This document shows positions 29,120 through 37,616 of a stretch of DNA of 64,000 bases, one piece after another (within the stretch, counting starts at the first letter, position 1; every line of letters starts with the position of its first letter). Below the pieces are notes generated by a model, which did no database searches, was not told the DNA's origin, and saw nothing but the letters and a program-made list of their open reading frames with translations. The position numbers and the translations under genes are program-made. The stretch is from an uncultured Planctomycetia bacterium (GTDB taxonomy: Bacteria; Omnitrophota; Gorgyraeia; Duberdicusellales; 4484-171), in contig CAZAYU010000005.1 in the NCBI GenBank assembly GCA_964489445.1, positions 68,799 to 132,798 on the forward strand. Direction: 5' to 3'.

Positions 29120-29714
29120 TTATGTCCAGTAATTTGGTAACTATCTTCTGCAGATCTGTTATCCCGATATTCTTTTTTGAGCTGACCCAAGAGATATCAC
29201 AAGTATCAACAACAAGTTCGACGACAATATCCTTTTTTCTCTGGTTAAGTTTTGAAGGCCTTATCTTGTCGATCTTGTTTACGATGATACTAAGGGGGAG
29301 TGAGTAGTGTTTAAGCCAATCGATCATTATAATATCCAGCTTTGTCGGTCCCGCAACAGCATCGATAATAACAAATATCATGCGCAGCTTCTCCCTGCTG
29401 CTCAGATATCCTTCTATTATCAGGCCTAATCGTTTCTTTTTGTGTCTTAGCCCGACAGCGTATCCATAACCGGGGAGATCGACTATCCAACGGCCACGCT
29501 TGACTTCGTAAACATTAATAGTCCTTGTCTTTCCCGGGACCTGCGAGGCATGTGCCATTTTCTTTTTTTGGCATAGAGTGTTGATGAGAGTGCTTTTGCC
29601 TACATTAGACCGTCCGACGAAAGATACTTCCGCCTCACTCTCTCCGAGCTTCAGAGCATCAGCTTCGGTCTTTAAATATTTGGTGTCGCGTAATATCTTC
29701 TGAGTTGTATTCAT
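29109..29714 (-). CDS. engB: ribosome-biogenesis GTPase EngB/YsxC
   Basis: VSFVGRSNVGKSTLINTL G1, DLPGYGY G3, NKIDK G4. Confidence 0.85.
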   Translation of the reverse strand: MNTTQKILRDTKYLKTEADALKLGESEAEVSFVGRSNVGKSTLINTLCQKKKMAHASQVPGKTRTINVYEVKRGRWIVDLPGYGYAVGLRHKKKRLGLIIEGYLSSREKLRMIFVIIDAVAGPTKLDIIMIDWLKHYSLPLSIIVNKIDKIRPSKLNQRKKDIVVELVVDTCDISWVSSKKNIGITDLQKIVTKLLDIRCQ

Positions 29715-29810
29715 AGATCTTTTTAAAATAGACCGGCAAACCGATCATTGAGCTCATAAATGCGCCATACCCCATGTCGATTAATCTTGTCGAATGTCTG
29801 GCCTTGGCCC

Positions 29811-30104
29811 TTATAAAGAGTTGTGGCTTAAGACCAGCTCACAAAGCCCCGCAACCTCAGCTTCTATCTTATCTTCAGCCTCATTATAACTATACTCTAT
29901 CTTTTGCCACTTCACAACAGGAACATCGTATGTAAGCCCGTTGATATCCACGACTATCGAATCTTTCATAAAGCGATAACTTTGGCAAGCGGGCCATTCA
30001 CCCATCTTTTGATGGTAAGGAAAAGATTCAAGCCGGAAGATATTATTCTGAAGCCTTGGTATCTCTCTATTTAAATTTAGAGAGATTATACTGGCTCTCT
30101 GCAT
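29811..30104 (-). CDS. hypothetical small protein; real start may be internal Met (MGEWPACQ...)
   Basis: ORF-track start lies inside repeat R2-B and an AT palindrome; no family. Confidence 0.25.
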   Translation of the reverse strand: MQRASIISLNLNREIPRLQNNIFRLESFPYHQKMGEWPACQSYRFMKDSIVVDINGLTYDVPVVKWQKIEYSYNEAEDKIEAEVAGLCELVLSHNSL

Positions 30105-30160
30105 TGGACGAGTTTAGCAACTGGCTATATTTAGAGGAAGCAAGAAATTGTCGTACAAAT
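30100..30160. repeat. dispersed repeat R2-B (cattggacgagtttagcaactggctatatttagaggaagcaagaaattgtcgtacaaat)
   Basis: Matches 14998-15058 and 31963-32050. Confidence 0.8.
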
Positions 30161-30322
30161 TGCTGGCTATAGCATAAATCTGAATCGATTATTATACCGT
30201 TTGAACTATACTCAGAGGAGACCGCTCAAAAATACATTGTTTCATTATGGTTTATTACGATATAATAACGCCCAATAGAAACATACGAAAATGACAAAAT
30301 TAGGAGCAACACTGTAGATTGA

Positions 30323-30451
30323 AATGCTATTCAAGAAGCTATTGTAAAAAAGGGTTATCTTGTTAATTCAGAGACAAAGGTTCCTTTGCATAAACACGAT
30401 GAAAAAGATCAGTTCTTTTTCTTTTTCGAACAAGCCTGTGTTAATACTTGA
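30323..30451 (+). pseudogene. truncated cupin paralogue fragment (no start codon)
   Basis: Plus frame NAIQEAIVKKGYLVNSETKVPLHKHDEKDQFFFFFEQACVNT; 19/29 identical to cupin 15062-15334 (ESIVTKVYHLTSETKVPLHKHDKQDEIFY); bounded by stop codons. Confidence 0.6.
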
Positions 30452-30473
30452 AATTATATAAAGGGTACTAAAA

Positions 30474-31829
30474 ATGAAAAATGAAAACCAAGCAGTATTA
30501 ATAAACGGGCCAGTCAGTAGAACTCTGCTCCAACTATCTCTTCCTATGATGGTGGGTATGGTTGGAATGGTTATTTTTAATCTTGTAGATGCATACTTTA
30601 TCAGCAAGCTAGGTACGGCTGCTTTAGCAGCGATGACTTTTACTTTGCCTGTAATAATGTTTCAGGCAAGTATTGCAATGGGCCTGGGAATAGGGACTTC
30701 TTCCGTTATTTCAAGATTAATAGGAGAAGGAAATCCAAGTAAAGTGAGAAGGCAGACGACAGACAGCCTTCTCTTGTCTCTTTTGATTGTTATCTTCATT
30801 GCTATTGTAGGAATACTGACGGTTCGCCCCTTATTTTCCATGTTAGGCGCCCGAGGTGAAATACTGGAACTTGCAATAGATTATATGACGATATGGTATT
30901 ACGGAGTAGCCTTTGTTGTTATACCTATGGTAGGCAATAATGCAATACGTGCTGTAGGGAATACTGTAATACCTTCAATGATTATGTCCGTTGCCGTTGT
31001 GGTTAACTGCATCCTTGATCCTATACTGATATTCGGCATCGGACCATTCCCTGCGATGGGTATGCAGGGTGCAGCTTTGGCAACAGTGATTGCAAGAGCT
31101 ACTACTCTCATATTTGCTTTATTATTTCTGCATAAAAAATTCGATATGTTAACCTTGCAAGTTCCTAAACTTAAGGAATTATTGTTGTCCTGGAAAAAAA
31201 TATTATATGTGGGAATCCCTGCAGCTCTGACTATGCTTATTAATCCGTTAGCTTTTGGGTTTATCACAAAATTGGTTTCGTCTTACAGTAAAGAAGCGGT
31301 AGCTGCTTTGGGCGTAGGAAGCAGAGTAGAGATGTTCGCATTATCACCATTAATGGCATTAAGTTCAGTACTTATACCGTTCGTAGGACAGAATTTAGGA
31401 GCAAAGAAAATTGATAGAGTTAAAAAGGGAATTTATGCAAGCCAGATATTTTCCGTTTTTCTTGGATTATTTATGTTTATGTTTTTTATTTTTTTCAGGA
31501 ATTGGGTGGGTGGTTTTTTTGGAGAAAGCGAAAAAGTTGTTGCGATATTCAATACCTACATATTAATTTCTTCTGCAGGGTATGGTTTTCTTGGAATATT
31601 TTTTATTAATAACTCAGTTTTTAATGCAATTAAACAGCCTATTACCGCTACCCTTCTTAATATTATAAGGATGTTTTTTTTGTATATCCCATTTGCCTGG
31701 ATTTTATCGTATATATTTCAGCTTAAGGGAATATTTTGGGGGATTTTTATTTCTTCCGTTATTTCGGGGACACTCTCTCTTATTTGGGTGAAATCGAGAG
31801 TAAACAAATTAACGATTAAAAAGCAATAG
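30474..31829 (+). CDS. MATE-family multidrug efflux transporter
   Basis: 12 TM, LLQLSLPMMVGMV start and internal duplication typical of MATE/NorM. Confidence 0.8.
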   Translation: MKNENQAVLINGPVSRTLLQLSLPMMVGMVGMVIFNLVDAYFISKLGTAALAAMTFTLPVIMFQASIAMGLGIGTSSVISRLIGEGNPSKVRRQTTDSLLLSLLIVIFIAIVGILTVRPLFSMLGARGEILELAIDYMTIWYYGVAFVVIPMVGNNAIRAVGNTVIPSMIMSVAVVVNCILDPILIFGIGPFPAMGMQGAALATVIARATTLIFALLFLHKKFDMLTLQVPKLKELLLSWKKILYVGIPAALTMLINPLAFGFITKLVSSYSKEAVAALGVGSRVEMFALSPLMALSSVLIPFVGQNLGAKKIDRVKKGIYASQIFSVFLGLFMFMFFIFFRNWVGGFFGESEKVVAIFNTYILISSAGYGFLGIFFINNSVFNAIKQPITATLLNIIRMFFLYIPFAWILSYIFQLKGIFWGIFISSVISGTLSLIWVKSRVNKLTIKKQ

Positions 31830-31962
31830 GGGCAGCATATTATTAAATTTTGTTCATCTCCATATGTAGCAGTGGAAATGGCTTCCCCTGACCATCAGTA
31901 GCTGATCTACCAACGAATTATTGAGCTAGGACAACAGTTCCCTTTAATCTTATTTTTATATT

Positions 31963-32050
31963 AACTCCCCGTATTGGACGAGTTTAGCAACTTCTTGGAT
32001 GAGTTTAGCAACTGGTGCTTTTTGAAGGAAGCGAGAGAATTGCATAATAA
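31963..32050. repeat. dispersed repeat R2-C containing a tandem 21-nt duplication (ttggaYgagtttagcaact x2)
   Basis: aactccccgtattggacgagtttagcaacttcttggatgagtttagcaactggtgc... Confidence 0.8.
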
Positions 32051-32101
32051 AGTAGCTATAATTATTTAATAGGTTTTGCTATTATGCTCCACAGCTGCCT
32101 C

Positions 32102-33937
32102 TCATCTCATTCTCTTTCCCAGCAATACTATATCTCTTAACGCTTTTTCATTTCTAGCAGATAACCATTTCTTATTAAAATTTGGATTCTGAACAATCTG
32201 GGCAATTGCCGCTAAAGCACGAAGATGAAAATTCCTTTCATCTTTTGTTCCTACAAGAACAAATACCGTATGGACTTTTGAGGCAGACTCTGAAAATTTA
32301 ATTCCCTTCTTGCATCTTACTAACAGCATATCAAACAAACTCTGTCCATCGACAATAATATGAGGTATTGCAATGCCAGAACCTATAACGGTGCTAGTTT
32401 CCCTTTCTCTTTCGGAAATTAGCTGTAAAAAGGTAGAGGCTTCAACTTTTAAGCGCTTAGAAAGACTGTCGGAAACTAATTTGAAAAAAGCGTCAATTTC
32501 CATTTCTTTATCTATGTCAAGAACGATACACTTCTCAATAATATTATCAAATCTATCTTTTACGATATCATCTCTTTCTCGAATAATTTCCTTCAATTCA
32601 GTTTCTAGGGAACGGGAAGTCAGCTCTTTCGCCATAATATTCTCTATTAAATGAAGAAGAGCGTGCGTCCCTATGTATTTCTTTCTTCCATAGAAAAAGT
32701 AAAACCCTATGCTAATCACTAGAAAAGATAAACTAATTTCAATTGCGCCGAGGCCCATGTAAATGATAAAGAAAGAAAAAACAATAATTCCAAATATTTG
32801 CAACCAAGGATACAACGGAACTTTAAAGCTTGGTTGATAATTTTGAATCTTGCTTTCCCTAAATATTATTACAGCAATGTTAGTTAATACATAAGAAGTT
32901 AAGATAACAGTTGAAGCAGCTTTCACCAGCATCTCTAATGGCAACAATAACGCTAAAAGAATAAATATTCCGGTCATAACAATAGAAATGACGGGTGTTT
33001 TAAATTTCTTACTTATTTTGCTAATAGCATCGGGTAAAAGCTTATCCCGGCTAAGCGCAAGAGGGTAACGGGATGCAGACATTATTCCGGCATTAGCTGT
33101 TGTAATAAAAGCTAACAAGGCTGCAATTGAAATAGCTATAAAACCTGGCGTTCCCATAAATATTTTTGCAGAATCAGCTACTGGCGTAAGTGAGTTAGAT
33201 AGCTGAGCTGAATTTAAAACCCCAACTAAGACAACAAGTAGTAGGGTATACACTGCAGTAACAGCTATCACTGAAATAATCATTCCTAAAGGAATATTCT
33301 TTTTAGGATTCTTAACTTCCTCAGATATGCTTGCCACTTTCAATAAACCGCCAAAAGAGATAAAAATAAAACCTGCTGTGACAATGATAGAATTTATTCC
33401 TTGCGGAGCAAAAGGAATGAAATGCGAAACGTTAATCTTTGAGAGGCCAAACACAATATACAAACCCAACAAAACAAAAAGCCCTAAAACAAGAAACACT
33501 TGAAGTTTTGCAGCATTTTTTACTCCACGAATATTTAAAAATACAAAAAAAAGGCAAATTGCTATTGAAGAAAACACGACCTCGATACCAGTAGCCAGAA
33601 AAATTATCTCAGCTATACCAAATATTGCAAAAGCACTCTTAAGAGACAGTGCTATCCAACCTAGAAAACCAGACATAGTTCCTATCAAAGGGCCTAGACT
33701 TCTAGTTATATAATAATAATCTCCTCCTGCTTTTGGCATTGCCGTAGATAATTCAATAATGCTCAATACTCCAATTAAGGCAAGCAACCCCGCCAATAAA
33801 TATGAAATAATTACAGAAGGACCTGTTCTGATAAATGCAAGTCCCGGTAGTATAAAAATACCCGAGCTTATCATCGCACCACTTGAAATACAGAACACAT
33901 CAATTAAATTCAGTTCTTTTTTAAGCATTCTCACCAT
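32102..33937 (-). CDS. APC-family amino-acid permease fused to C-terminal PTS EIIA(Ntr/fructose)-type domain
   Basis: 12-TM APC core (FCISSGAMISSGIFILPG); C-terminal about 150 aa with GIAIPH motif of PTS_EIIA_2. Confidence 0.7.
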   Translation of the reverse strand: MVRMLKKELNLIDVFCISSGAMISSGIFILPGLAFIRTGPSVIISYLLAGLLALIGVLSIIELSTAMPKAGGDYYYITRSLGPLIGTMSGFLGWIALSLKSAFAIFGIAEIIFLATGIEVVFSSIAICLFFVFLNIRGVKNAAKLQVFLVLGLFVLLGLYIVFGLSKINVSHFIPFAPQGINSIIVTAGFIFISFGGLLKVASISEEVKNPKKNIPLGMIISVIAVTAVYTLLLVVLVGVLNSAQLSNSLTPVADSAKIFMGTPGFIAISIAALLAFITTANAGIMSASRYPLALSRDKLLPDAISKISKKFKTPVISIVMTGIFILLALLLPLEMLVKAASTVILTSYVLTNIAVIIFRESKIQNYQPSFKVPLYPWLQIFGIIVFSFFIIYMGLGAIEISLSFLVISIGFYFFYGRKKYIGTHALLHLIENIMAKELTSRSLETELKEIIRERDDIVKDRFDNIIEKCIVLDIDKEMEIDAFFKLVSDSLSKRLKVEASTFLQLISERERETSTVIGSGIAIPHIIVDGQSLFDMLLVRCKKGIKFSESASKVHTVFVLVGTKDERNFHLRALAAIAQIVQNPNFNKKWLSARNEKALRDIVLLGKRMR

Positions 33938-34082
33938 TTAACATCTCTTTATATTTAATCCATAGCGCCGTTTCATAAATATTATCGGCGATGTAATCTG
34001 GCTGAGATGAAAGTTCTTCCCTGTGTTTGGTGCCATGCCCTATCAGAAGAAATACCGAATGAACACCTGTTCTTTTAGCCAT
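33923..34082 (-). pseudogene. 53-aa ORF resembling the N-terminus of CbiX/SirB-type chelatases; likely 5' gene stub
   Basis: MAKRTGVHSVFLLIGHGTKHREELSS...; overlaps start of permease; not in ORF track. Confidence 0.2.
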
Positions 34083-34142
34083 GTATACTTATCCTTTCCT
34101 ACATAATTTACTACAAAATAAAACCCTCTGCAACTAATTTCG

Positions 34143-34188
34143 TTACAGAGGGCTTGAAAAGTCAAACTCCCCGAGTAGGGCTCAAACT
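34143..34188. repeat. dispersed repeat R1-B (ttacagagggcttgaaaagtcaaactccccgagtagggctcaaact)
   Basis: About 85% identical to 15465-15509. Confidence 0.85.
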
Positions 34189-34350
34189 TATTTACTTAAT
34201 CCTGTTCAATCGTACTGCTGTCTGTCGTTGTTTAGCCTTGTTTTGTTGATATCAAACTCTATCTCTGTTTTGAATGAACAAATGAATCTACGACTTTAGA
34301 GATTATTGGTAATTTAGTTCGCTTTAGAGATACAAGTTATAACTTGATAT

Positions 34351-34374
34351 CGCTGATCGGGCAGGGCTCAAACT
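34351..34374. repeat. partial repeat R1-D (cgctgatcgggcagggctcaaact)
   Basis: Shares GGGCTCAAACT terminal core preceded by short hairpin. Confidence 0.6.
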
Positions 34375-34565
34375 TTAACTACAAACCACCAGGTTATGAG
34401 CCTGTCAGATACATTTAAAAACCTGTTGATTTATAAAGACTATTATGATTTCAGTATTTATTGGTGTCCAAATAATACACTAAAAGGACAAAATTATCTT
34501 CTGCTTGCAATAGAAAAGAACATCCACCGGCTTAGCCGGTGGATGTTTACTAATATGGCTTTTTT

Positions 34566-35060
34566 TTATTTAAACTCTTTTGATGCTGCGTTCATAGAAG
34601 ATGAGCGAAAAGTAACTTTTTTTATTGGCATCTTATCTTTAAGAAGCTCGTAGAAAAGTTCGCAAAGATTCTCACAAGTAGAAACTTTTTTGGTCACAAC
34701 TATTCTGTATTCTGGATATGACCAAGCAAGTGCGTGGTCTATCTTTTTAAGAGGAACACAATGCTCTGGGTCGTTATGAATGCCTTCCTTTTTGTATACA
34801 GCAAGAACCGCGTCAAGAAGCGGATCACCTTCTTGAAACATTGTTCCGTGGTGGAAATGGTCACAAACTTCCCATGCTTTTTTGAATCCCTCTTTACAAG
34901 CGTGTGCATATCCAGTCACCGAGTCTACGGTGTCTTCAAGCTCAATCGTTAAAAGACCTGAGTGCCCGTGAAGGTGCTTTGCTTCGCACGGCCAATTCAT
35001 AAACCTATGTGCGTACTGGAAATCAAGTTTTACGATTGATGTGTACTTATCGTTTGACAT
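34566..35060 (-). CDS. 6-pyruvoyl-tetrahydropterin synthase family protein (QueD/PTPS-like) with Cx5HGH motif
   Basis: MSNDKYTSIVKLDFQYAHRF...CEAKHLHGHSG; isolated between repeats. Confidence 0.6.
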   Translation of the reverse strand: MSNDKYTSIVKLDFQYAHRFMNWPCEAKHLHGHSGLLTIELEDTVDSVTGYAHACKEGFKKAWEVCDHFHHGTMFQEGDPLLDAVLAVYKKEGIHNDPEHCVPLKKIDHALAWSYPEYRIVVTKKVSTCENLCELFYELLKDKMPIKKVTFRSSSMNAASKEFK

Positions 35061-35435
35061 GATAGTTTCCTCCTTTTAGTTAATGTCTATATTTTTATAT
35101 TATTTACTGCATGCTACTAATTGCGATTTATTTTCTTAATCAACCACCTCCTTTATACTGCTAATAGATGGATTATGCAAGAAATCTTAATATATACCTA
35201 TTAAGAGAGATAATTGAGACTAATATTTACCATTTAATCACTTATTCTCCACAAAAGCCAATTCCTGGATCTTCAAATGTCAGCCAAATATGCGATTAAA
35301 TAGGTGGCATTTTAGAGATAAAGAGATAGATCATGATTTGGTTTTAGCCATTGCAATTAAAAGGTTTGTGGGGATTTTGTGAAGTTACAATTTAACTGGA
35401 AAACTATAGGCCTAAACGTTTGAGGTGACAAGACA

Positions 35436-35480
35436 TAAAAAATGCCCTGAACTACATTGAGTTCAGGGCACTATTTAATA
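35436..35480. terminator. perfect 10-bp stem-loop (gccctgaact/agttcagggc) flanked by A-run and T-rich tail; terminator-like
   Basis: aaaaaatgccctgaactacattgagttcagggcactattt; a second 8-bp palindrome ctcgaacttgagttcgag follows at 35482-35503. Confidence 0.4.
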
Positions 35481-35635
35481 TCTCGAACTTGAGTTCGAGG
35501 TTATTTACTGGCTCGGGGGGTAGGGGTCTAGGATAACACTATCTCTACCTGTCGTCCCCTATAATAAGCGACCACTATCCAGGCTACCATTTAATCGGTT
35601 GAGTTAAGAGATAAGGTTTGTAGCTAGGATTAGTG

Positions 35636-35655
35636 CCTCGAATGGGGCTCAAACT
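35636..35655. repeat. partial repeat R1-C (cctcgaatggggctcaaact)
   Basis: Matches core of R1-A/B. Confidence 0.65.
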
Positions 35656-35975
35656 GTGGGAATTTGTCCAAATTTGTCTGGCATTTTGGAGAGTTAACTT
35701 GCATAACTCTTTTACTTTAAAATAGTTACAAAATGTCCAGTCTCATGGAGTAGACATCTAGCTAAAATGATTCAGTTCAATTAAGCTATTTACTCCAAGA
35801 TCTATACAATATCGACCCCACTATATTACTGTCAAGAAAGATTTAAGGCTTTTAATTAAAATTTCAAGAATAACAGCTATTTAGTGAGTCGTGCTATATA
35901 TATACAAAAGGGTACCCCTGTGTCCACATAGGTGTCGTATATTACATCCAAACTGATCGAAATTGGTACAAAATG

Positions 35976-36012
35976 AAAAACCCCACGACCGTTTAAGATC
36001 GTAGGGTTTCCA
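35976..36012 (-). terminator. Rho-independent terminator of the long minus-strand biosynthetic operon
   Basis: Minus strand ccctacgatc-ttaaac-ggtcgtgggg (10-bp stem with 2 GU) followed by TTTTTCATTTT; 170 nt after stop of last operon gene. Confidence 0.5.
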
Positions 36013-36179
36013 GGTTATTCTTATTGCAGTGAGAAAATTTGAACTTCTAACCTCAAAATTATGAAAGCGTAAAGGGACTTCAATGATCTACTATTACTTG
36101 CTAACGTCTTATCTTGGTGAAATTTACAAAATATTTATTTGTTCTCGTTTAACGCTATTTTATAAAAATAACACTACTT

Positions 36180-37616
36180 TTATATTCTTGGCCTTAATAT
36201 CTTCCCGCTCTCTGTTTTTTTTATTTCTTTTACTATACGTATTTCTTTCGGAACTTTATATGCCGTAATTTTATTATAACAAAATTTGCGTAGTTTGTAG
36301 ATCAAGTTCTTATCTTTGACCCCATCTACCAAGACTACGTCTGCGTGCGGCAATTGCCCATAAACATCATGCGAAACACCGTATACTAAAGACTCCTTTA
36401 TATCGGAATACGAGCTTAATATTTCTTCTACTTCTATAGGAAAAATTTTCATCCCGGAAAAATTTATTACACTTTTTTCTCTTCCCTTGATAAAAAGAAA
36501 ACCTTCTTCATCTAAATACCCAAGGTCTCCTGTTTTAAACCATCCACAATCCAAAATCTGATCTTTGGTCTGCCAAGGAAAATAATATGCATCGAACATG
36601 CCTTTTCCTTTTATATAGACTTCTCCTACACCTTCATCATTCTTGTCTTTGATTTGAATTTGATAATCCGACAGAATTCCTCCCACTGATCCTCTTAATT
36701 TCTTATCCTTTTTTGTATTGATAAACGGTAACCCTACCTCGATAATGCCATACGCTTCACTGATTTCAATGCCAAATATATCAAAAAATTTCAGAATTTC
36801 CTTCTCTGTAAACCCAACTGCAGTAGAAATAGCCATTCTTATGCTAGAGAGATGTTTTCTCTCAACATCATTACTATTCATAATTATTCTGTAATGGAAT
36901 GGAGACGCATACATAAAGGTAAATTTATGCTTATTAAAAGACTCCAGCAAGACAGAAGGAAAATCTTTTCCGCATAAAATAACAGTTGCTGCTTTTCTTA
37001 GAAATAAAATTATTGTTACCACAAAATGATAGCTCATGGATAAAACCCAAACAATATTATCGTCAGCAGTGATGCCAAGACCCTCATTCGCAGCGTTTGT
37101 TCTTTCATAGATTGACTCATGCGATATCACAACCCCCTTGCTTTCACCTGTTGTGCCTGATGAAAATCTTATAAACGCAGGGTTTAGGGCACAAAATTTT
37201 TTCGGCAGTTTAGAATCCCCTTTTCTTTGATAAACAAATAACTTCCTATCTCCACAGCTTAACTGCTCAGCCTTGCTCATATCAAAAAATTCTACTTCCT
37301 TTCCTGATATTAAGAAATCGACATCAACACTCTTAATAACGTTCTCAACTTCGTCCCACGCTAAAGAAGGAGAAACAGGAACCATAACCCCTTCGCAGGA
37401 TAAAACAGCTAAGGATATCGATATATATTCAATGCTATCTTCTAGAAACAGCCCTACTTTTTTATACCCATATATTCCGAAAGTAGATAATTTTTTCTTA
37501 AGAGATGCAACATCTTTTAATAAATTTTCATATGTAATTTTCCTGCCACAATCAACAATGGCAATTCTACTCAAATTGCTTTTTGTTTCATCAAATATGA
37601 TATCGATAATATTCAT
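36180..37616 (-). CDS. AMP-dependent synthetase/ligase (acyl-CoA or acyl-ACP ligase-like)
   Basis: FSSGTTGESKGVVISH AMP-binding motif; start trimmed to Met overlapping upstream stop by 1 nt. Confidence 0.75.
   Translation of the reverse strand: MNIIDIIFDETKSNLSRIAIVDCGRKITYENLLKDVASLKKKLSTFGIYGYKKVGLFLEDSIEYISISLAVLSCEGVMVPVSPSLAWDEVENVIKSVDVDFLISGKEVEFFDMSKAEQLSCGDRKLFVYQRKGDSKLPKKFCALNPAFIRFSSGTTGESKGVVISHESIYERTNAANEGLGITADDNIVWVLSMSYHFVVTIILFLRKAATVILCGKDFPSVLLESFNKHKFTFMYASPFHYRIIMNSNDVERKHLSSIRMAISTAVGFTEKEILKFFDIFGIEISEAYGIIEVGLPFINTKKDKKLRGSVGGILSDYQIQIKDKNDEGVGEVYIKGKGMFDAYYFPWQTKDQILDCGWFKTGDLGYLDEEGFLFIKGREKSVINFSGMKIFPIEVEEILSSYSDIKESLVYGVSHDVYGQLPHADVVLVDGVKDKNLIYKLRKFCYNKITAYKVPKEIRIVKEIKKTESGKILRPRI

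Noticed and set aside
28963-29190. 75-aa ORF-track model
   Set aside because: Its first third overlaps the engB coding end out of frame. Only the distal part is treated as belonging to the rSAM-like pseudogene remnant.
31963-32020. sigma-54 promoter reading of TTGGACGAGTTTAGCAA in repeat R2
   Set aside because: The GG to GC spacing is one nucleotide short of the strict -24/-12 geometry. No plus-strand gene lies downstream.
14998-35655. CRISPR array or integron attC interpretation of the dispersed repeats
   Set aside because: Copies are irregularly spaced and diverged, there are no repeat-spacer periodicity and no cas or intI genes. The attC core-site pattern (RYYYAAC...GTTRRRY) could not be fitted convincingly.
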